From NCBI GenBank assembly GCA_964425625.1, contig CAYRMI010000002.1:62858-126857 (forward strand): 64,000 nt of DNA, in the 5' to 3' direction. The DNA is from an uncultured Candidatus Saccharibacteria bacterium (GTDB lineage Bacteria > Patescibacteriota > Minisyncoccia > Phycocordibacterales > UBA918). A program made the translations under genes and the position numbers. Under the pieces are notes generated by a model that had not been told where the DNA came from, searched no databases, and saw only the letters and a program-made list of their open reading frames with translations. Shown here piece by piece: positions 28,236 through 38,441 of this stretch; positions within the stretch are counted from its first letter, which is position 1, and the number at the start of each line of letters is the position of its first letter.

Positions 28236-29810
28236 ATGAGTACCCCAATCATTGACCGCATTAAAAAAGAAATCGAAGCCCTCGATGTAACTACTAAGCC
28301 TGAAGAGGTTGGTGTAGTTATCTCGGTGGGTGATGGTATTGCCGAAATCGAAGGCTTGCTAAAAGCCCAGATGATGGAAATGGTCATTTTCGAAACCAGT
28401 AGCGGTAAGTCTTTGGGCGATACCCTCAAGCAAGATGGGTCTCTCTTTGGACTGGTGCTAAACCTCGAGGAAGACACGGTCAAGGTGGTGATTTTGGGTG
28501 AAAGTAATTTGGTGAAAGAGGGGATGCAAGTGCGTCGCACCGGTCAGCTTCTCTCGGTACCAGTTGGTCCGGCTATTGTGGGGCGAGTGGTCAATGCACT
28601 AGGTGAAGCGATTGATGGTAAGGGGGTGATTGCAACCGATAAGAACATGCCGATTGAGCGTGTGGCTTACGGTGTAATGGATCGTTCGTCAGTGAACGAA
28701 CCAATTCACACTGGTATCAAGGCAATTGATTCAATGATTCCGATTGGTCGTGGTCAGCGCGAACTGATCATTGGTGATAGAGGTACCGGTAAGACCACGA
28801 TTGCGATTGATACCATTATCAATCAAAAGTATGAACCAAAAGAAAAACGCCCAATTTGTATTTATGTCGCCATTGGTCAAAAGCGTTCCAAGACCGCTAG
28901 TATCATGGCCAAGTTAGAGGAGGCCGGCGCGCTAGAGTACACGACTATCGTGGCTTCTTCCGCGGCTGAGGCTTCGCCGATGCTTTTCTTGGCTCCTTTT
29001 ACCGGAGCAGCTATCGGAGAGTATTTCATGCAACAAGGTAAGGACGTGGTGATTGTCTTTGATGACCTTAGCAAGCATGCGGTGGCTTATCGCCAGATGT
29101 CACTTTTGCTCCGTCGCCCACCAGGACGTGAGGCTTATCCCGGTGATATTTTCTACCTTCATTCACGTCTCCTCGAGCGTTCCGCCAAGCTTAGTAAGGA
29201 GCTGGGGGGAGGGTCTATTACCGCTTTGCCGATTATTGAAACCCAAGAAGGTGACGTGTCAGCCTATATTCCTACTAACGTGATTTCTATTACCGACGGA
29301 CAGATTTTCCTTGAGGGTGATTTGTTCAACAAGGGAATCCGTCCAGCCTTAAACGTCGGTATTTCAGTGTCACGTGTAGGGTCTTCGGCACAGACAAAAG
29401 CGATGAAGAAAGTATCAGGCAAGATTCGTCTTGAGCTAGCCCAGTTCCGTGAACTAGAAGCTTTTATGCAGTTTGCTTCAGACCTCGATGAAGACACTAA
29501 GAGTCGTATCGATAGTGGTCGCAAGTACGTCGAGCTTCTTAAGCAAAAGCAAAACAACCCAATGCCATTCCAGAAGCAAGTAGTATCTATCTATGGAGCC
29601 AACAACGGTCTCTTTGATGGAGCGATTTACCAAATGGTAAGTAAGACCGAAGATTCCTTCCACGAATTTATCGAACGAGATCGCAAGGATATTTTGACCA
29701 CCATCGAAACCGGCCGAGAACTAACCGATGAAGTAGTAGAGAAACTAAATAAAGCGATTGCTGACTTCAAGGAAGCGCATGCTGAACTCTATACGGCGAT
29801 CGTAAAATAG
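28236..29810 (+). CDS. atpA: ATP synthase F1 subunit alpha.
   Basis: Walker A GDRGTGKT. Length 524 aa. Confidence 0.95.
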   Translation: MSTPIIDRIKKEIEALDVTTKPEEVGVVISVGDGIAEIEGLLKAQMMEMVIFETSSGKSLGDTLKQDGSLFGLVLNLEEDTVKVVILGESNLVKEGMQVRRTGQLLSVPVGPAIVGRVVNALGEAIDGKGVIATDKNMPIERVAYGVMDRSSVNEPIHTGIKAIDSMIPIGRGQRELIIGDRGTGKTTIAIDTIINQKYEPKEKRPICIYVAIGQKRSKTASIMAKLEEAGALEYTTIVASSAAEASPMLFLAPFTGAAIGEYFMQQGKDVVIVFDDLSKHAVAYRQMSLLLRRPPGREAYPGDIFYLHSRLLERSAKLSKELGGGSITALPIIETQEGDVSAYIPTNVISITDGQIFLEGDLFNKGIRPALNVGISVSRVGSSAQTKAMKKVSGKIRLELAQFRELEAFMQFASDLDEDTKSRIDSGRKYVELLKQKQNNPMPFQKQVVSIYGANNGLFDGAIYQMVSKTEDSFHEFIERDRKDILTTIETGRELTDEVVEKLNKAIADFKEAHAELYTAIVK

Positions 29811-29846
29811 CATTCAAAAAGTTGATGCAAAAGTTCTTCAAAAATC

Positions 29847-30137
29847 ATGAATCCACTCACACAAAAATTACAAAAAATCCTACTCTATACTTTGGTAGCC
29901 TTTGTCTTTTTGTTTGCCGTTCTGTATGTGATGAGTAATGTTTTTGGTTTGAGTTGGAATTTTCCTTGCGGTCCAGGTTCAAGACCTTGTTCATATCCGA
30001 CCTATCAGTACATTGATTTGTATGAAATAGGTTACATTGTTTTAGGTATAGGAATAGGCTTTTTGCTACTTCTTCAGCTAACTGTGTATCTAGCGAGTGT
30101 GTTAAAAAAGATTACTTCTCCAATTATAAAAAAATAG
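29847..30137 (+). CDS. Small hydrophobic protein inserted between atpA and atpG.
   Basis: 96 aa with two predicted TM helices. The stop lies 1 nt before the atpG start. Confidence 0.4.
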   Translation: MNPLTQKLQKILLYTLVAFVFLFAVLYVMSNVFGLSWNFPCGPGSRPCSYPTYQYIDLYEIGYIVLGIGIGFLLLLQLTVYLASVLKKITSPIIKK

Positions 30138-30138
30138 C

Positions 30139-31044
30139 ATGGCACTCAAACAAATCAAAAACAAAATAATTTCCACTAAAAAGACTGGCAAAGTGACCAA
30201 GGCGATGGAGTCTGTCTCGGCGGTGAAGATGCGCAAGAGTCAGGAGCGAGCGTTTTTGGCGCGTCCTTATGTGCACTCCGCTTTGAAGATACTTTCTCAT
30301 GTCTCGCAATCACAAGCCGTGCAAAGCCACTCTCTAGTAGTTCGACGTACCGAAGGGAAGACTCTTCTGGTGGTGATTACTAGTGATAAGGGTTTGGCTG
30401 GTAGTGTGAACAGTGCAGTCCTAAAGAAGGTAGAGCAGTTAGAAGCTACTGGTACCGCTTTCGATATGATTGCCGTTGGTCGCAAGGCGGTGGAGTTTGC
30501 GGCGCGGGAAAAAATCGCCGTGCTGTCTCATTACACCAACGTCGGCGATGAAGTAACAGTCGAGAATGTTTACGAAATAACTTCAGCCGTTATTGAGTCA
30601 TACAAAAAAGACAATACTTACGCCAAGGTTGATGTAATTTACCAAAACTTCCTCTCGACCTTTGAGCAGGAAGCAACGATGCGCCAAGTACTACCGCTAG
30701 ATCCAGCTGAAGTACACTTCATGATGCGAGGTATTCGTCCGCGTCACGGGAAGTTTAGTGATGATGTGGTACCACCGGATGCTGTGATTGACCACACTAT
30801 CGAGCCAGATGCACAGACCGTCTTCGATGCGCTCATTCCGCAACTCATTCAGATTATTCTTTTCCATGCTTTCCTTGAGAGTAAGGCCAGTGAGCACTCC
30901 GCTCGTATGGTAGCGATGAAGAACGCCACTGATAAGAGTAAGGAAGTAGTGAAGTCACTTACGATTAAGTTTAATAAAGCCCGGCAAGCAAAAATCACGG
31001 CGGAGATTTCAGAGATTACCGCTGGAGCAGCTGCAATGGAATAA
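30139..31044 (+). CDS. atpG: ATP synthase F1 subunit gamma.
   Basis: Conserved N- and C-terminal helices (KITKAMESVSAVKMRK ... ITAEISEITAGA). Confidence 0.9.
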   Translation: MALKQIKNKIISTKKTGKVTKAMESVSAVKMRKSQERAFLARPYVHSALKILSHVSQSQAVQSHSLVVRRTEGKTLLVVITSDKGLAGSVNSAVLKKVEQLEATGTAFDMIAVGRKAVEFAAREKIAVLSHYTNVGDEVTVENVYEITSAVIESYKKDNTYAKVDVIYQNFLSTFEQEATMRQVLPLDPAEVHFMMRGIRPRHGKFSDDVVPPDAVIDHTIEPDAQTVFDALIPQLIQIILFHAFLESKASEHSARMVAMKNATDKSKEVVKSLTIKFNKARQAKITAEISEITAGAAAME

Positions 31045-31046
31045 TT

Positions 31047-31304
31047 ATGAATATTTTTAATCTAGTTAGAATTATTTTGCTCGGCACGGCCTCTCTTTTG
31101 GTCGTTGCGGATTATACTTTTTCTGTATCTAGATATCCCGACACTTCTATAATCGGTTACCTAATCCTTTCGGCCCTCTCTGCTTCTTGTGCGTCGTTTC
31201 CGCCAAGTAAGATTTTTCAGTTATGGTATGTGCGATGGGTTGTTTGTATTCCGTTAGCGATAGTGTTTTTTCTAGTAGCGATTATGTCGATGAGTAGAGC
31301 GTAG
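31047..31304 (+). CDS. Small hydrophobic protein inserted between atpG and atpD.
   Basis: 85 aa with two or three TM helices. It starts 3 nt after the atpG stop. Confidence 0.4.
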   Translation: MNIFNLVRIILLGTASLLVVADYTFSVSRYPDTSIIGYLILSALSASCASFPPSKIFQLWYVRWVVCIPLAIVFFLVAIMSMSRA

Positions 31305-31361
31305 TGCTTGGTAGTGAGTGTCTCCTAGAGACTTTCACTACTCAGTGTTACGAACGCATGA

Positions 31362-32762
<1,401 letters not shown>

Positions 32763-32921
32763 CATCATCTACTTTGTTGCTCATCGCAAAATATCTTTCA
32801 TCGTACAACTAGTACGCCTCAAGATATTTTGCTCGAGCGCCTCGTATCTGGTGTCACTTAACTTCATCTATGTAAACGTTTTTCCGTAGAGATAAGTGAG
32901 TGATAATGTAAAAAAATAACT

Positions 32922-33173
32922 ATGTCTGAATTAAAACAATTAAACCTAACCATCTCTAATGTCGACGCGCCGGTTTTTTCTGGCTTGGTCGTTTCGGTGA
33001 CTGTACCAGGAAGTGAAGGGGAGATGACTTTACTCGCCGACCACACGCCACTCATGTCAGCATTGCGCGCTGGTAATATCATCGTCCGCAAAGAGGGGGG
33101 TGAGACTGAAACTTTTCCCGTCACCTCTGGCACCCTTGAAGTCAGTCACAACACAGTTACAATTTTGTTGTAA
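32922..33173 (+). CDS. atpC: ATP synthase F1 subunit epsilon (beta-sandwich only, 83 aa).
   Basis: The N-terminal beta-sandwich pattern is typical of epsilon. The C-terminal helical hairpin is absent. Confidence 0.7.
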   Translation: MSELKQLNLTISNVDAPVFSGLVVSVTVPGSEGEMTLLADHTPLMSALRAGNIIVRKEGGETETFPVTSGTLEVSHNTVTILL

Positions 33174-33186
33174 GAATAATTAAGAA

Positions 33187-33216
33187 TTACTCCTAGGGTG
33201 ACCCTAGGAGTAATTG
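33187..33216 (+). terminator. Rho-independent terminator of the atp operon.
   Basis: Perfect 13-bp palindrome TTACTCCTAGGGT-G-ACCCTAGGAGTAA followed by TTGTGGTTTT. Confidence 0.8.
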
Positions 33217-33285
33217 TGGTTTTAGCTTGTAAAGAAAAAGACGCCGGTGAGGGCGCCTTTGGAAGGCCTTTGGGCAAGGAACAGG

Positions 33286-33540
33286 TCAACACGAAACAGC
33301 TTCCATGAGCCTCACGATGACTGCTCGGTCATTGTTCATGAGAAAAGATGAAACTTCTTGTTGAAGTCCTTGATCAGCCTTTGAATCGTGCGATTGGCCG
33401 TCTAGCCACCACCAGTGTTCAAGTGCTGGCGAGTAGGCAATAGCCGGCTTACCGTCTGGACCGGCCCTGTCGTGGGTAAATACCATGACTTTGCGACCAG
33501 TGGCGTAGCCACTGGTGATTCTCTTGACGTATTTTTCCAT
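33286..33540 (-). CDS. Hypothetical protein, 84 aa, G+C-rich.
   Basis: ATG preceded by GGAGGAG. Contains HWWWLDG. No known motif. The listed 131-aa ORF extends upstream across the partner gene's 3' end in another frame, so the internal start is preferred. Confidence 0.4.
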   Translation of the reverse strand: MEKYVKRITSGYATGRKVMVFTHDRAGPDGKPAIAYSPALEHWWWLDGQSHDSKADQGLQQEVSSFLMNNDRAVIVRLMEAVSC

Positions 33541-33568
33541 GGATTCTCCTCCGTGAGGTTTGGGTGCG

Positions 33569-34069
33569 TCACTTGGTCCAGGTGATGTTGTCGAGCAACA
33601 GATGTAGGTGCCGGTTGTAATTCGGCCGATTGGGATTGCAGCGCTGTCGACGAGTCTTCTGTCGTGGCAAGAGACCAGCAATGATGTTGATCATGATGGC
33701 CACCGCCTCTTCGCCATAGGGATCATCTCCGTCCGGACTGGCCCAGGCTGTGATCATCTCCTTAGCTAATACAGCGCCCCCGTAGATTATTCGTAGATCA
33801 CTACTGGTCGCTCCGTTGGGAGTTTCGTCATCACTCTGCACTTGGGACCATACCTTCGTTGTTCTAGTGCTCAGCTTCTGCAAGATCAGTTCGTCATTGC
33901 AAAAGTGTCCAAACGGTGCTGTGTGAACACAGGCAAGTTGGAAAAGGTCTTGCGTGGCGACATTCAGATAGCCAGGCAGGTGAGCGGTCAGTAGGCCTTT
34001 CTCATCCATTTGTTCGACCAGAAATTGGCCAGCCTTTACGAGCGCCAAAACATGGCTAGGATTATACAT
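33569..34069 (-). CDS. Hypothetical protein, 166 aa, G+C-rich.
   Basis: Co-directional with and immediately upstream of the 84-aa gene. No confident motif. Confidence 0.45.
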   Translation of the reverse strand: MYNPSHVLALVKAGQFLVEQMDEKGLLTAHLPGYLNVATQDLFQLACVHTAPFGHFCNDELILQKLSTRTTKVWSQVQSDDETPNGATSSDLRIIYGGAVLAKEMITAWASPDGDDPYGEEAVAIMINIIAGLLPRQKTRRQRCNPNRPNYNRHLHLLLDNITWTK

Positions 34070-34221
34070 GGCAAAATCCTCAGGTTGGGTTGTAGAAGAG
34101 CGGGCGGAACTATTCCGTGAGACATTTATACCACAAAAATGGGTTTTGACTATGGTTTAGAAATTAGGACTTAGGTCTCCCTAGGTCGGTCCTCGGGAGA
34201 CCTGTCACTTTGGGTTAGGGT

Positions 34222-35127
34222 CTAGAAATTATTACTTTGGGTGAGTGTGTTGCTGGTGGTATTAAAAATAGCGTAGGATATTTGGGTATTTTCTATGACG
34301 GATGCATGGTTTTCGGGATTGGAGATAAGTAAGGTAGTTGCCCAGGCATCGGCGGTGACGGCCTTGGGGGCTTTGACGTAAATGCCCAGAGTATCGGGGT
34401 TTGGATTGGTGTTGGTTGAGGTTTCTCCTTTCTGGGTTGATGTGTCGACTATATGTGAGTACTCCTGACCAGCTACTTTCCAGCGACGTTTGTGGGTACT
34501 CGAGGCAGCAAAGCCTTGGTCCTGGAGGGAAGTCTGTTCAACGTACGTGCCAGGTTTAGTGGGATGCTCTAGGTAGATGGTAACAGGCACTCCTTGATCA
34601 CTAGTGGCGTACATATCACCACCGCCATTGATAAGGAAATAGGGGAAGCCAAGCTCGTGTAAATAATTAGCCAAGCGGTCAATCGCAAATCCTTTACCGT
34701 ATCCGCCTAGGTCAACCGCTCCGGCCGATAGAGTAATGAGTGAGTCAGAAATAGTAAGAGATTGCAGAGGGGAGGGAATAGTGAGTGGCTCAGCCACGGG
34801 AGAAAAACTATAATCGGCATCATAACCACGGGCGAGCAAGTGCTCGCCGACTAAGATATTGAATATACCATCAGTGTCTTTGTACAATTGCTGGCCCAGA
34901 TGTAGAAGCTCAATAGTTGTTTGGTCAGGTCGATCAAGTCTTTTAGTATAATTAATCGTACTAATTATCGAGTCGGGTTTGAAGCGCGAGTATTTGGCTT
35001 CAAAGTCGATTAAGAAAAGGCGGATGAGACCGCAGGTCTCATCCGCCTTTTCTTTACTAACATCACCAAATATTTCTACCAACCAAGTGGTACCAAGCGC
35101 AGGAATTGTTGGTAAGACAATCGACAT
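34222..35127 (-). CDS. apbE: FAD:protein FMN transferase (ApbE family).
   Basis: DLGGYGKGFAIDRLA, HIVDTSTQKGE and ADAWATTLL motifs. Confidence 0.8.
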   Translation of the reverse strand: MSIVLPTIPALGTTWLVEIFGDVSKEKADETCGLIRLFLIDFEAKYSRFKPDSIISTINYTKRLDRPDQTTIELLHLGQQLYKDTDGIFNILVGEHLLARGYDADYSFSPVAEPLTIPSPLQSLTISDSLITLSAGAVDLGGYGKGFAIDRLANYLHELGFPYFLINGGGDMYATSDQGVPVTIYLEHPTKPGTYVEQTSLQDQGFAASSTHKRRWKVAGQEYSHIVDTSTQKGETSTNTNPNPDTLGIYVKAPKAVTADAWATTLLISNPENHASVIENTQISYAIFNTTSNTLTQSNNF

Positions 35128-35134
35128 GCCCGGG

Positions 35135-35698
35135 TTAGAGTACTTGAGGCTCGAGCATCTTTTTTATTGCTTCATTGAAAGCCCCTGAAGTAAGGGAAGC
35201 GCCACCGACTCGTGACAGTGATATTTCAGACAATGATTTACCTACCACTTCAGTTTTGTAAGCGTTATCAAATCTTTCATGGTTGGGATTACCATAAGTT
35301 TCTTTATCATCATAAAGAACATTAGCATCCGTCACAATATCCCCAGTCATGGTTAATTCTACAGTTATCTTATGTTCTTTGCGAGCGGGAGTAAGGTAGG
35401 TCGACTCACCTTTAAGCAAGGTTGTACTCGGGGTGTCAGTAGTACCGTCATCGACAACTTCAATTTCTTCGGCTTGTTCTATCTCCTTAGTACGATTTAC
35501 TTCTTCAGTAACTAAGTCTGTAGTTGGGGCGTTAGCTTCTGGTCCCGGAATAAGAAAAAATGCTACTCCTAGCACGACGATTATTACTCCTAAGACAGCG
35601 ACAACAATTGGCATAACGATAGTTTGATTGATTAGAATAATGACAACTAATACATTATACTTAATTAATCCAAGAACTTCAAAATTACTAAGAGTCAA
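35135..35698 (-). CDS. Membrane-anchored FMN-binding domain protein (NqrC/RnfG-like).
   Basis: N-terminal TM anchor. The C-terminal FMN_bind-type motif SRVGGASLTSGAFNEAI matches the ApbE flavinylation consensus Dxx(S/T)GA(S/T). Confidence 0.65.
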   Translation of the reverse strand: MTLSNFEVLGLIKYNVLVVIILINQTIVMPIVVAVLGVIIVVLGVAFFLIPGPEANAPTTDLVTEEVNRTKEIEQAEEIEVVDDGTTDTPSTTLLKGESTYLTPARKEHKITVELTMTGDIVTDANVLYDDKETYGNPNHERFDNAYKTEVVGKSLSEISLSRVGGASLTSGAFNEAIKKMLEPQVL

Positions 35699-35716
35699 AA
35701 ACTCATAAATTTAGTT

Positions 35717-37276
35717 ATGTTAGCTGTTTTGCAAAAAGGGTGGCAAATTATCGAAAGAAAATTGGACAGAACCGCGATGTATCGCACAGTGACCTTGGCC
35801 CTTAGTTTTTTAGCCTTAGTTTCCATCGGCTTAGGTTTTACTGGACGTTTGCCGTACTCGGGCCCAGAGCAATTAATATCTTTAGTAGTCGCCTTAGCTA
35901 CAGCGCTAGGGGTGAATTATGTCTGTAGTCGAATATGGAAAGTGGCTGTCAACCAAGAGTCGGCGGTTATTACGGCGCTTATCTTGTATTTCTTAATTAT
36001 TCCGGTAGAACAATCTAAACTTGAAGATTTATGGGTTATAGCCACGGTGGTGGCTTTGGCGGTTATATCAAAATTTGTCATCGCTTGGCGTAAACAACAC
36101 ATCGTAAATCCGGCGGCTATTGGTCTAGTACTGATGGCTGTGGCCTACGCGGTACTTCCATTACCGGGTTATTTTGAATCAGTTTGGTGGGTGGGGCAAA
36201 GAGAATTATTTCTACCCCTTTTGCTAGCCGGTAGTGCCGTAGTATTAAAAGTACGTAAGTGGGTGCCAGTTGCGACTTTTTTGCTGGTGGCTTTCGTGGT
36301 TTTTTTGTTTGAAGAATGGCGGTTTAGTGGCGATGTGTGGGGTAGGGCAGATTATTTCTGGCTCTCTGGGCCGAGCTTATTTCTAGCTTTCTTTATGTTG
36401 ACCGAGCCCTTTACTATGCCTCCGACGAGGAAGCTACAAGCCGTCTACGGTGGTTTGGTTGGTTTAATTTCTCAGACTACACTATTCATGCCTTTAGGGA
36501 TTAAAATGACTCCTGAGCTAGCACTGATCTTGGGTAACTTGGTCTTCTACCGGTTTACCCTCCGACGAAAACTCTACCTATCTTTGCAATCGGTGCGCGA
36601 GATAGCCAAACATACGTACGAGTTTGTTTTTATTAAACCAGTGGGTATTAAATTTAAAGCCGGGCAATATATGGAATGGATGCTTCCACACCCTGGAGCA
36701 GACAATCGAGGTGTTCGTCGTTATATTACTATCGCGTCATCGCCTCTAGATAACACCTTGCGAATAGGGGTTAGATTTGGGGGAGAAATTAGTAGCTTCA
36801 AAGCTGCCTTACTTAAACTGAAGCCCGGACAAACCATTATAGCTAGTCAATTAGGAGGAGATTTTGTTCTTCCCGTAGATAATACAAAAAAAACCGCCAT
36901 GGTCGCGGGTGGTATTGGCATTACGCCTTTCGTCAGTCAGATATCCCAAATGGAGCTTAGTAAAATTAGCTATGATACAGTTTTGTTTTACTGCAATAAC
37001 ACACTGGCTGAAGCAGCTTATAGGGATAGACTACAGGCTTCGCAGTTGATGATTCCACTTAAAGTGGTAAATGTTTTAGCTAAAGAGAGTGCGGTTGGGT
37101 GTGAGACTGGCTTCCTGACAGCCGAAACAATAAAAAGGTTTGCTCCTGATTACTTGGAGCGACTTTGGTATCTCTCTGGCCCACCGGGTATGGTTGATGC
37201 CTATGCTAAATTATTGCACGAATTAGGAGTGAGTAAGCGATATATAAAGAAAGATTTTTTCCCTGGACTAGCTTAA
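35717..37276 (+). CDS. Membrane oxidoreductase. An N-terminal NqrB/RnfD-like polytopic domain appears fused to a C-terminal FNR-type FAD/NAD(P)-binding reductase domain.
   Basis: N-terminus has about 8 TM helices and FFMLTEPFTMPPT...VYGGLVGL, which resembles the RnfD/NqrB FFMATDPxTSP motif. C-terminus has RYITIASSP (the RxYS flavin motif) and MVAGGIGITPFVS (the NAD(P) motif). Confidence 0.55.
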   Translation: MLAVLQKGWQIIERKLDRTAMYRTVTLALSFLALVSIGLGFTGRLPYSGPEQLISLVVALATALGVNYVCSRIWKVAVNQESAVITALILYFLIIPVEQSKLEDLWVIATVVALAVISKFVIAWRKQHIVNPAAIGLVLMAVAYAVLPLPGYFESVWWVGQRELFLPLLLAGSAVVLKVRKWVPVATFLLVAFVVFLFEEWRFSGDVWGRADYFWLSGPSLFLAFFMLTEPFTMPPTRKLQAVYGGLVGLISQTTLFMPLGIKMTPELALILGNLVFYRFTLRRKLYLSLQSVREIAKHTYEFVFIKPVGIKFKAGQYMEWMLPHPGADNRGVRRYITIASSPLDNTLRIGVRFGGEISSFKAALLKLKPGQTIIASQLGGDFVLPVDNTKKTAMVAGGIGITPFVSQISQMELSKISYDTVLFYCNNTLAEAAYRDRLQASQLMIPLKVVNVLAKESAVGCETGFLTAETIKRFAPDYLERLWYLSGPPGMVDAYAKLLHELGVSKRYIKKDFFPGLA

Positions 37277-37280
37277 TTAT

Positions 37281-37339
37281 TTGAGTAAGGTCGAACCTTA
37301 CTCAAGGTCGAACCTTACTCAAGGTCGAACCTTACTCAA
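37281..37339. repeat. Tandem array of 3 x 17-bp unit GGTCGAACCTTACTCAA (REP-like hairpins).
   Basis: Seen directly in the sequence. The first copy is the full TTGAGTAAGGTCGAACCTTACTCAA hairpin. It begins immediately after the stop at 37276. Confidence 0.8.
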
Positions 37340-37365
37340 CATTACTCAGCTTTGCCTAGGCGGTT

Positions 37366-37409
37366 GTAAAGGGGTACCCTCGGGCAGTTGCCCGAGGGTA
37401 CCCCTTTAC
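37366..37409. terminator. About 20-bp perfect palindrome forming a very stable hairpin, a bidirectional terminator candidate.
   Basis: GTAAAGGGGTACCCTCGGGCA-gt-TGCCCGAGGGTACCCCTTTAC. It lies between convergent genes ending at 37276 (+) and 37430 (-). Confidence 0.6.
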
Positions 37410-37429
37410 AGAACTCGTTGTTGATATTT

Positions 37430-38092
37430 CTACCAATCGATTGGTTGTTGGTTGTGCTTTCTTAGGTATTCGTTGGCTTGCGAAAAGTGTCGGCAACCGA
37501 AAAAGCCGGTGTAGGCAGAGAAGGGGGAAGGGTGTGGAGCGTTTAAGACGAGGTGCTTGTTTTGATCAATCAGCCTTCCCTTGGCCTCTGCATATTTACC
37601 CCAGAGGATGAACACCACATGCTGTCTTTCGGTCGAGATAGTTTTGATGACTGCGTCAGTAAAAGTTTCCCAGCCGAGCCCCTGGTGCGAGCCTGGTTGT
37701 CCTGGTAGGACAGTGAGGGTAGAGTTGAGAAGTAATACCCCTTGCTTGGCCCAACCCTCTAGATTACCAGAAAGTCTTGGTGGAATACCAAGGTCACTCT
37801 CTAGTTCCTTGTATATATTTCGGAGTGATGGGGGAATTTTAATTCCGTCTGGTACAGAGAAAGCCAAGCCGTGTGCTTGACCGTCGCCATGGTAGGGGTC
37901 CTGTCCCAAGACAACCACTTTTACCTCGCTTAGGGGGCAGAGATGAAAGGCTTTATAAACACCCTCCTTGGCGGGGAAAACTGGGCCTTGTTTGTAACTA
38001 TTTTCTATTTCTGCCGACAACTTTAGAAAATATGGCTGACTGAATTGATCAGCTAATGCTTTTTGCCAGCTTGACTCTAGAATCTTAGCCAT
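37430..38092 (-). CDS. ung: Uracil-DNA glycosylase, family 1.
   Basis: GQDPYHGDGQAHGLAFSV active-site motif and HPSPLSA-like C-terminal motif (HPSPFSA). The start is taken at the ATG (MAKILESSW). The listed ORF begins at an upstream GTG. Confidence 0.9.
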   Translation of the reverse strand: MAKILESSWQKALADQFSQPYFLKLSAEIENSYKQGPVFPAKEGVYKAFHLCPLSEVKVVVLGQDPYHGDGQAHGLAFSVPDGIKIPPSLRNIYKELESDLGIPPRLSGNLEGWAKQGVLLLNSTLTVLPGQPGSHQGLGWETFTDAVIKTISTERQHVVFILWGKYAEAKGRLIDQNKHLVLNAPHPSPFSAYTGFFGCRHFSQANEYLRKHNQQPIDW

Positions 38093-38154
38093 AATTACCA
38101 ACACTGTACTACGACTCGCTTACTGTGTTAAGGCTGTGCTACACTAATGCCATT

Positions 38155-38379
38155 ATGCGCGAATCACATGCTAGAAGTATTTTAAAAGGTATCACTTGGC
38201 GCGTCATTGCCTCGGCTACCACCATGACAGTGGTCTACATTGTAACCGGAGATCTTACGCTCATGGCTAGTGTGGGAGTGGTCGATATTTTGGCCAAAGT
38301 ATTTTTCTATTACCTACACGAACGAAGTTGGGGGAAAGTGAAGTGGGGATTATTGGGTATTGAGCCACGGGTAAAGTAG
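38155..38379 (+). CDS. DUF2061-like small membrane protein.
   Basis: RESHARSILKGITWRV...YYLHERSWGKVKW pattern with two TM helices. The start is ambiguous between 38125 and 38155. Confidence 0.45.
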   Translation: MRESHARSILKGITWRVIASATTMTVVYIVTGDLTLMASVGVVDILAKVFFYYLHERSWGKVKWGLLGIEPRVK

Positions 38380-38391
38380 GGTATCAGCAAA

Positions 38392-38428
38392 AAACACCGC
38401 GAGCCATTTATGGCTCGCGGTGTTTTTG
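38392..38428. terminator. Bidirectional terminator.
   Basis: AAAAACACCGCGAGCC-attt-atGGCTCGCGGTGTTTTTGC with a perfect 14-bp stem. It lies between the stops at 38379 (+) and 38442 (-). Confidence 0.8.
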
Positions 38429-38441
38429 CTTAAACTCATGA

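Noticed and set aside
28223-28540. 105-aa minus-strand ORF overlapping the atpA start.
   Set aside because: Overlaps the highly conserved atpA N-terminus. Ser/Thr/Pro-rich mirror-frame composition.
33286-33681. 131-aa version of the minus-strand ORF reaching to 33681.
   Set aside because: Its 5' part overlaps the 3' end of the upstream 166-aa gene in another frame. An internal ATG with a perfect GGAGGAG SD at the right distance gives an 84-aa product and a tidy two-gene arrangement.
37281-37339. Possible CRISPR array (a short direct repeat seen three times).
   Set aside because: The repeats are contiguous with no spacers, the unit is 17 bp, and no cas genes are present. It is interpreted as a REP-like tandem element.
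38093-38104. Upstream GTG start for ung given by the ORF track (MLVIM...).
   Set aside because: The ATG four codons downstream (MAKILESSW) gives the canonical spacing before the conserved Trp seen in family-1 UDGs.
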